From assembly GCA_964547735.1 (NCBI GenBank), contig CAZJOV010000003.1, positions 1 through 56,035 on the forward strand: DNA of 56,035 nt. The letters run 5' to 3'. The position numbers and the translations under genes were made by a program. This stretch comes from an uncultured Planctomycetia bacterium. GTDB taxonomy: Bacteria > Omnitrophota > Gorgyraeia > Duberdicusellales > 4484-171. The notes below the pieces were generated by a model. That model was given only the letters and a program-made list of their open reading frames with translations. It ran no database searches and was not told the origin of the DNA. Every line of letters begins with the position of its first letter. Position 1 is the stretch's first letter. Shown piece by piece: positions 37,674-44,194 of this stretch.

Positions 37674-38849
37674 ATGGGAAAGAATGTTCCGTTGATAGTT
37701 TTATTAATTCTTTTATTAATCAGTAGTTTCATCTCTTTTAAATTTTATTCTGATAGTCAATTCCTTTTAAGGGAGAATAGAGAATTAAAAGAAAAAAGTG
37801 CTAATTTTGAGGAAGAAAGAAGTATTTTAACCAAGAAAAACAGAAATCTTTCTGAGAAATTGGAGGGGATAGAAAGAAGGAATAAGGAGATTCAAGAGGA
37901 GTTAGCGCAGATTGAGAAAGAAAGAGATACTTTAAGAGAGAAATACGTAGAACTTTTAAAAGAAAAACAGAATCTGGAGAAAAAGTTGTCTAAAAGAGCG
38001 GCTTTAGTTGTAGAGAAGGAAGAAAAGATAGAAAAAGAAAAAGTTCCTTCTTACTTGGAGGATATTATAAAGGAAAGAGCAGAACTTAAAATCCAGGTTA
38101 AGGAATTGAAAGATAAACTTTTAGAGATGAGCCAGAAATTGTCCCAGCTTAGTGGAGAAAATAAAGAATTGAGTCTAAAAATAGATGATTTGGAGAATAA
38201 GAAAGAAGAGATAGGAAAAAACCTACGGTATAAAGAGAGAATAATTCAGCTTATAAGTAAAGATTTAGTAAACGAAAAAGAGAAAAACAAAGATATGCAA
38301 GAACAGTTAAGTAGACTTAGGGAGGAGAATGCTCAACTAAAACAGGAATTGGTGATGCTTAATAAAGAGAAAGTTGAACTTACCCAGAAGTTGAGGCAGA
38401 TTGCTGAGGAGAAAGAAAAGTTAGAGGGGAAGGTTTCTCAGGTAGAAAAAGTATTGAAAGAAAAAGTGCTTCTTTTCAGTCAACTGAAAGAGGAGCTGTC
38501 CTCTGCTTTAGAAGGAAAGAAGAAAGTGGAAGTGAAACTACCTCCTATTGTGGTCTCTCCAAAAGAAGCGGAGAAAAAGGCTATAGAGAAAGAGGAGATT
38601 GCTCCTATTTCTGAGAGGAGATTGGAAGGTACAATCCTTGCGGTGAATACAAAAGAGAGATTTGCGATAATTGATTTAGGGGAAAATAATGGCGTAGAAA
38701 AAGGAATGAAATTTTCTGTAATAAGAGATAACAGGAATATCGCTACCATAGAGGTTATTGAGACCCGCAGAGAGGTTTCTGCTGCTGATATCAAAGAAGT
38801 AAAAAGTGGATACTCTCTTCAGGAAGGGGATCAGGTAATTTCTCAGTAA
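37674..38849 (+). CDS. Membrane-anchored long coiled-coil protein with small C-terminal beta-rich domain
   Basis: N-terminal TM PLIVLLILLLISSFISF, then about 270 aa of E/K/L heptad-like sequence. C-terminal about 80 aa reads GTILAVNTKERFAIIDLGENNGVEKGMKFSVIR ... LQEGDQVI. Own promoter and strong SD AAGGGAGG. Confidence 0.75.
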   Translation: MGKNVPLIVLLILLLISSFISFKFYSDSQFLLRENRELKEKSANFEEERSILTKKNRNLSEKLEGIERRNKEIQEELAQIEKERDTLREKYVELLKEKQNLEKKLSKRAALVVEKEEKIEKEKVPSYLEDIIKERAELKIQVKELKDKLLEMSQKLSQLSGENKELSLKIDDLENKKEEIGKNLRYKERIIQLISKDLVNEKEKNKDMQEQLSRLREENAQLKQELVMLNKEKVELTQKLRQIAEEKEKLEGKVSQVEKVLKEKVLLFSQLKEELSSALEGKKKVEVKLPPIVVSPKEAEKKAIEKEEIAPISERRLEGTILAVNTKERFAIIDLGENNGVEKGMKFSVIRDNRNIATIEVIETRREVSAADIKEVKSGYSLQEGDQVISQ

Positions 38850-38855
38850 AAAAAA

Positions 38856-39845
38856 GTGAAACCTTCAAAGCCTACCATAAATGAAGTAGCCAGAAAAGCA
38901 GGTGTTTCTTTAGCTACAGTATCTCGATTTTTGGCTAATCCTTTTTCCGTAAAGGAGAAAAACAGAAAAAAGATAGATGAGGCAGTTAAAGAATTGAATT
39001 ATAAACCTTCCCTTTTTGCTCGCAAATTAGCCGGAGGAAGAGCGGGAATATATGGATTAATTATTCCTGGTTATGAAGGGGTTTTTCATTCTTATTACGC
39101 TCTGGAGATTATCCGTGGTATAGGCTTTGTTCTGGAGGAGCTGAATATAGATCTTTATCTTCATATTTGGTGGCAAAAAGATAATTTTAATACTTCCTTG
39201 GTCGATGGTGTAATCTTTGCCGATATAGTGGGTAACGAAGAGCAGTTGGAAAGAATAAAAAAAGAGGGATTGCCTTTTGTGGTTTTGAATAAAAAGATGG
39301 GGGATGATATAAGTTATGTAACTATTGATAATTTTTTTGGCGGGTATCGGGCTACAGAATTTTTGATAAAACACGGGCATCGATATATTGCCCATATCGC
39401 CGGTGATTTAAGGGTAGAGGCAGCCTTAGAAAGACTTAATGGTTATAAAGAAGCATTAAGAAAGTATGGGTTAGAGGCTAAAGATGAGTATATAAAAGTA
39501 GTGAATTTTTCTCCTCTGGAAGCAAAAAAAGCAACAGAGGAACTACTGGAGTTAGAAACTCCTCCTACAGCAATTTTTGCTGCTTCTGATGAGATGGCGA
39601 TAGAGATACTTTTTCTTCTGCAGAGAAAAGGAGTGAATGTGCCTTGTGATATTTCCCTTATTGGTTTTGATGACAATCCTGTATGTAATTATAGTAGCGT
39701 TCCTCTTACTACCATAAGACAACCTTTAGATAAGATGGCTTCCTTAGGGGTAAGATTTCTTAAGGAGAGGATTGAGAAAAAAAAGAGGAATAAGGCTATT
39801 CTCTCTCCTGAACTCGTAATTCGGGAGAGCGTCAATTTTAAATAA
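38856..39845 (+). CDS. LacI-family transcriptional regulator
   Basis: HTH TINEVARKAGVSLATVSRFL plus a periplasmic-binding-protein-like sugar-binding core (SLIGFDD). GTG start 6 nt after the upstream stop. Confidence 0.9.
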   Translation: MKPSKPTINEVARKAGVSLATVSRFLANPFSVKEKNRKKIDEAVKELNYKPSLFARKLAGGRAGIYGLIIPGYEGVFHSYYALEIIRGIGFVLEELNIDLYLHIWWQKDNFNTSLVDGVIFADIVGNEEQLERIKKEGLPFVVLNKKMGDDISYVTIDNFFGGYRATEFLIKHGHRYIAHIAGDLRVEAALERLNGYKEALRKYGLEAKDEYIKVVNFSPLEAKKATEELLELETPPTAIFAASDEMAIEILFLLQRKGVNVPCDISLIGFDDNPVCNYSSVPLTTIRQPLDKMASLGVRFLKERIEKKKRNKAILSPELVIRESVNFK

Positions 39846-39860
39846 CACTATATATATTAG
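39845..39860 (+). promoter_or_regulatory. Putative NrdR box 1
   Basis: ACACTATATATATTAG matches 13 of 16 positions of the NrdR-box consensus acaCwAtATaTwGtgt. Lies upstream of the nrdJ promoter. Confidence 0.5.
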
Positions 39861-39875
39861 GCCGTTTTTTGTTTA

Positions 39876-39891
39876 ATACTACATATTGTAT
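39876..39891 (+). promoter_or_regulatory. Putative NrdR box 2
   Basis: ATACTACATATTGTAT is palindromic and matches 13 of 16 consensus positions. It is 31 bp start-to-start from box 1 and abuts the -35. Confidence 0.55.
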
Positions 39892-39894
39892 CTC

Positions 39895-39923
39895 TTGACG
39901 GGAGAAGAGTTTATTAGTAAAAT
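39895..39923 (+). promoter_or_regulatory. Sigma70-type promoter for nrdJ-apgM-thioesterase
   Basis: TTGACG, a 17-nt spacer, then TAAAAT (39918-23). An about 29-nt leader with AAAGGGG precedes ATG 39959. Confidence 0.6.
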
Positions 39924-39958
39924 TGTTTTGTTGGACCTTTGTTAAGAAAGGGGTAATT

Positions 39959-42226
39959 ATGCAGGATAATTTGAATTTTTCTCCCAATGCTTTGTTGGTT
40001 CTTAAAAAACGATATTTAAAAAAGAATGAGAAGGGCCAAATAGTTGAGACCCCTCTCCAGATGCTTCAGCGAGTAAGTGAGGCGATTGCTGAGGTAGAGA
40101 AAAGATACGGAGCTTCCAAAGAGAGAATAGAAGAATTAAAAAGCGAATTTTTTCAGATAATGGCTAATTTAGAATTTATGCCCAACTCGCCTACACTGAT
40201 GAATGCAGGAAAAGAATTAGGACAGTTATCCGCCTGTTTCGTAGTTCCTATTGAAGACAGTATGGAGTCTATCTTTGATGCGATAAAGGCTACTGCTTTA
40301 ATTCATAAAACCGGAGGAGGGACCGGATTTAGTTTCTCGCGTCTGCGTCCCAAAAATAGTGTAGTAAAGTCTACCGGAGGGATAGCTTCAGGCCCTGTAT
40401 CTTTTATGAAAGTATTTGATGCGGCAACCCAGGCAGTAAAACAAGGAGGAACACGTCGGGGAGCGAATATGGGGATTTTAAGGGTGGATCATCCGGATAT
40501 TTTGGAATTTATAAGGTGCAAAGAAAAAGAAGGAGAAATTTCCAATTTTAATATCTCTGTAGCAGTAACGGATGAGCTTATGGAAAAAGTCTTTCGTGAC
40601 GAAGAATATAATTTAGTTGATCCTCACACAAAAAGAATAAAGGGAAGATTAAAAGCAAAAGAAGTTTTTTCCTTGATTGCCCAGTATGCATGGCTTAACG
40701 GAGAACCAGGCGTTGTCTTTATCGATCGTATTAATGAAAAAAATCCCTGTCCTCATTTAGGGAAAATAGAAAGCACAAACCCGTGCGGAGAGCAACCTCT
40801 TTTACCTTACGAATCTTGCAATTTAGGTTCAATAAATTTAGCAAAAATGTTAAAGCAAAAAAATGGTGAATTTGAGATTGATTGGGAAAGATTGGCGCGA
40901 ATAACTAAATTAGCAACAAGGTTTTTAGACAATGTTATTGACGCTAACAAGTTCCCCCTACCTCAAATTCGGGAAAATACTTTAAGGACGAGGAAAATCG
41001 GTCTGGGGATTATGGGATGGGCTACTCTTTTAGGTTTTTTAGGCATTCCTTATGATAGCCAGGAAGCATTAACTTTAGCAGAAAAAATTATGAAATTTGT
41101 TTATGAAAATGCCAGAGAAACCTCTATTTCTTTAGCAAAAGAGAGAGGTGTTTTCCCTGCCTGGAGAGGAAGTATATGGGAGAGGAAAGGAATAAAAATA
41201 AGGAATGCTACCCTAACTACCATCGCTCCTACCGGTTCCATAAGTATAATTGCCGGTCCCACCTCTACAGGAATTGAGCCGTTTTATTCTTTGGTATATT
41301 TTCGCAATGTCCTTGAGGGAGAAAAACTTTTGGAAGTGGAACCCAGTTTTGAGTATGTTGCTAAAAAAAGAGGTTTTTATTCTTCTCAGTTGATGGAAAG
41401 GATTGCTCAAGGGGAAAGCATTCAGGAGATGAAGGAGATTCCCCAAGATGTTAAGGAGATATTTAAGACTGCTTTAGAGATTTCGCCTCTTATGCATATA
41501 AAGATGCAGGCTTCTTTTCAAAAATTTACCGATAACGCTGTCTCAAAAACTATAAATCTTTCTAACAAGGCTACGGTGGAGGATGTAAAACAGGCATTCG
41601 TCTCTGCTTATAAGCTGGGTTGTAAAGGGATAACTATCTATCGAGATGGCTCAAGAGATGTTCAGGTGTTGACAGTAGAAAGAAAAAAGATGTCTATTTC
41701 GTCCAAGAAACCAAAAACAGCTTATCCTAAACCCAGACCAGAGGTAATTGTAGGGACTACTACCAAAATTACCACTGGTTGCGGAAACCTCTATGTTACT
41801 ATAAACCAGGATGAAGAAGGGAATTTTTTTGAGGTGTTTATCCAGATGGGAAAGGCGGGAGGTTGTGCCGCTTCTCAGCTTGAAGCAGTAGGAAGACTTA
41901 CCTCCTTGGCGTTAAGGGGAGGGATTGATGTTAAAGTAATTATAGAACAGCTTAAAGGCATCCGATGTCCTTCTCCTAACTGGGCGAATGGGAAAAGAAT
42001 ATTTTCCTGTGCGGATGCGATTGCTCGAGTGTTAGAGAAGAGACTCCAAGACCAGAAAGAATTAATTAAAGTAAAGGAAAAAAATTGGGAGGAAAAAGTA
42101 GAAGCAAAGTCTTTTTTAGGTAAATCCTCATTTAATATTATTGGGGTTTGTCCAGAATGCGGTTCAGCTTTAAGGCATCAGGAAGGTTGTTGTGTATGTG
42201 ATGCTTGTGGGTTTTCTAAGTGTTAG
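39959..42226 (+). CDS. nrdJ: Class II (adenosylcobalamin-dependent) ribonucleotide reductase
   Basis: LLVLKKRYL N-terminus, active-site loop STNPCGEQPLLPYESCNLG, TIAPTGSISI, and C-terminal Cys cluster CPECGS ... CCVCDACG. No ATP-cone. Start at ATG 39959 with SD AAAGGGG. Confidence 0.92.
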   Translation: MQDNLNFSPNALLVLKKRYLKKNEKGQIVETPLQMLQRVSEAIAEVEKRYGASKERIEELKSEFFQIMANLEFMPNSPTLMNAGKELGQLSACFVVPIEDSMESIFDAIKATALIHKTGGGTGFSFSRLRPKNSVVKSTGGIASGPVSFMKVFDAATQAVKQGGTRRGANMGILRVDHPDILEFIRCKEKEGEISNFNISVAVTDELMEKVFRDEEYNLVDPHTKRIKGRLKAKEVFSLIAQYAWLNGEPGVVFIDRINEKNPCPHLGKIESTNPCGEQPLLPYESCNLGSINLAKMLKQKNGEFEIDWERLARITKLATRFLDNVIDANKFPLPQIRENTLRTRKIGLGIMGWATLLGFLGIPYDSQEALTLAEKIMKFVYENARETSISLAKERGVFPAWRGSIWERKGIKIRNATLTTIAPTGSISIIAGPTSTGIEPFYSLVYFRNVLEGEKLLEVEPSFEYVAKKRGFYSSQLMERIAQGESIQEMKEIPQDVKEIFKTALEISPLMHIKMQASFQKFTDNAVSKTINLSNKATVEDVKQAFVSAYKLGCKGITIYRDGSRDVQVLTVERKKMSISSKKPKTAYPKPRPEVIVGTTTKITTGCGNLYVTINQDEEGNFFEVFIQMGKAGGCAASQLEAVGRLTSLALRGGIDVKVIIEQLKGIRCPSPNWANGKRIFSCADAIARVLEKRLQDQKELIKVKEKNWEEKVEAKSFLGKSSFNIIGVCPECGSALRHQEGCCVCDACGFSKC

Positions 42227-42237
42227 AAAGGAGAAAA

Positions 42238-43509
42238 ATGAAGAAGGTTTTTTATGTGGTTCTTGATGGTTTAGCCGATGAGGGTATACCGGAATGGAAA
42301 GGAAAAACTCCTCTTGAGGAAGCAATAACCCCTTATATGGATTTTTTGGCTAAAGAAGGGGTGGAGGGGATTTTTTATCCTGTAGAGAAAGGAATTGCTC
42401 CTGAGTCAGATATTGCGGTTATCTCTCTTTTAGGTTACGATGCTTATAAAGTTTATACGGGGAGAGGGCCTCTTGAGGCTTTTGCTGAAGGTATAAAAGT
42501 TTGCGATGGAGATTTAGCTTTAAGAGTTAATTTTGCTACCGCAGAGAAAAATTCTTCTAAGATAGTTGACCGTCGAGTGGGAAGAAGCCTGAGTACTGAG
42601 GAGGCAACCGCTTTAGCTGAGGAGATTAATAAGAAGGTAAAGTTAACGGATGCAGAATTTATCTTCAAAAACACGATAGGGCATAGGGGGATTTTGGTGA
42701 TAAAAAAGAACAAGAATTTAAGCGGTTGGATTACAAATACGGATCCAGCATATGAAAAAGAAGGAGTTTTTGGAGTAGCTAAGGAAGAATTTAAACTCGT
42801 AGTTTGTTCTTCTTCTCCTATGCCTGGATATGAGAATGATGAGAAAGCAATACTGGCAAGCAAACTCCTTAATGAGTTTACTCAAAAGTCAAGAGAAGTT
42901 TTAGAAAAAAGTGAGATTAATGAGAAAAGGAAAAAAGAAGGAAAGCTTCCTGCAAATATAATCCTTTCTCGTGATGCAGGAGATAGTCTCCCTAAGTTTA
43001 AACCAATAAAAGAATTAACCGGACTTTCTTTTGCCTGTTTCGTTCAGATGCCGGTTGAGAGGGGGATTGCTCTTTTGTGTGGGATGGAGGTTATTGAGGT
43101 ATCCTCTTTAAAAGAGTTGAAAGATACCTATACCTTGTGGGCAGATTTAGCCTCACAAAAGATTAATGATTTTGATGGATTATACATCCATATAAAAGGG
43201 CCTGATGAGCCTGCTCATGATGGAAACTTTTTAAAGAAGAAGGAGATTATTGAATTGATTGATGGTTACTTTTTTAAGAACCTACTTGAGAGGATAGATA
43301 TGAAAAATTCAATTATCTGCGTAACCTGTGACCATACTACTTCCTCTCTTAAGAAGGCACACACTGCTGATCCTGTTCCTGTTCTGGTTTATGGGAAAGA
43401 TAAAGATGAGACGCTCGTTTTCTCTGAAAAAGAAGCAAGAAGAGGAAAGTTAGGTGAGTTCTTGGGAAGAGAACTTATTTATAAATTAGCCCAATTTGCA
43501 AAAGAGTAG
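42238..43509 (+). CDS. apgM: Cofactor-independent phosphoglycerate mutase, archaeal-type (ApgM family)
   Basis: VVLDGLADE, HIKGPDEPAHDG and CDHTT motifs of the ApgM/metalloenzyme family. Start at ATG 42238 with SD AAAGGAG. Confidence 0.85.
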   Translation: MKKVFYVVLDGLADEGIPEWKGKTPLEEAITPYMDFLAKEGVEGIFYPVEKGIAPESDIAVISLLGYDAYKVYTGRGPLEAFAEGIKVCDGDLALRVNFATAEKNSSKIVDRRVGRSLSTEEATALAEEINKKVKLTDAEFIFKNTIGHRGILVIKKNKNLSGWITNTDPAYEKEGVFGVAKEEFKLVVCSSSPMPGYENDEKAILASKLLNEFTQKSREVLEKSEINEKRKKEGKLPANIILSRDAGDSLPKFKPIKELTGLSFACFVQMPVERGIALLCGMEVIEVSSLKELKDTYTLWADLASQKINDFDGLYIHIKGPDEPAHDGNFLKKKEIIELIDGYFFKNLLERIDMKNSIICVTCDHTTSSLKKAHTADPVPVLVYGKDKDETLVFSEKEARRGKLGEFLGRELIYKLAQFAKE

Positions 43510-43972
43510 GAAGAATTCCTTAATTTTCCCTTTAGAAAAAAAGGTATATTACCATGATACTGACTGTGCAGGAGTAGTATACTATGCTAACTATTTAAAA
43601 TATCTTGAGGAGGCACGTACAGAATTTCTTTTATCTTGTGGGGTTGATCTGAAAAAAATGGCAGAGGAAGGGTTACTTTTTGCGGTAAGAAAGATAGAGG
43701 TAGTTTATAAGACTCCTCTTCTTTATTCCGACATCTTTAAAGTTTTTACCCGTATAGAGAAGATAAAATATACTTATTTGAATTTTTATCAATGGATAGA
43801 GAAGAAAAGAAAAATTACTCTTGAAGCAAAGAGCCAGCTTGTCTGTGTAAATAACCGATTTAGACCACAAGCTATTCCCCGTTCGGTTCTTAAGAGATTA
43901 TCCAAAAGGAGAGTTGTTAATAAAGATAGAAAAAGGATAAGGGAGCCTGTAAAGAAAACAACTATTCTTTAA
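43496..43972 (+). CDS. Acyl-CoA thioesterase, 4HBT hot-dog fold (YbgC-like)
   Basis: VYYHDTDCAGVVYYANYLKYLEEARTEF is the typical YbgC/4HBT N-terminal motif. TTG start overlapping the apgM end. Basic C-terminal tail. Confidence 0.8.
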   Translation: MQKSRKNSLIFPLEKKVYYHDTDCAGVVYYANYLKYLEEARTEFLLSCGVDLKKMAEEGLLFAVRKIEVVYKTPLLYSDIFKVFTRIEKIKYTYLNFYQWIEKKRKITLEAKSQLVCVNNRFRPQAIPRSVLKRLSKRRVVNKDRKRIREPVKKTTIL

Positions 43973-44043
43973 GACCGATACCAACCAGTAGAGAGATTAT
44001 TTTTTAATGAGAAGTTAAACAGAATAAAAAGTCCACAATTTTC

Positions 44044-44072
44044 TTGACACCGCCCACTAAAATAGATAATTG
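44044..44072 (+). promoter_or_regulatory. Possible promoter for the pncB-pncA fusion gene
   Basis: TTGACA at 44044-49 followed by TAGATAATTG. Usable -10 options are ATAATT (spacer 16) or TAATTG (spacer 17). It would give an about 120-nt leader. Confidence 0.4.
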
Positions 44073-44194
44073 CTTTTCTCCTAAAAGCCAATTATAATAT
44101 AAGAAAAATAGACAAGGACGGAAGTATAAAATGTGTTGAAGGAGGGAACGAAGGAGAGGGGTTCCACAGGATTTAAGAATTCTTATTAAATGTA

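Noticed and set aside
39846-39958. Possible cobalamin riboswitch upstream of the B12-dependent RNR.
   Set aside because: The gap is only 113 nt, and most of it is taken by the NrdR-like boxes and the promoter. The predicted leader of about 29 nt is far too short for a cobalamin riboswitch.
43973-44194. Hidden tRNA, small RNA gene or small CDS in the largest gap.
   Set aside because: I could not build a cloverleaf or find T-loop/D-loop consensus. No ORF longer than 3 codons follows the SD-like elements. The region is better explained as promoter plus leader, reported as a low-confidence finding.
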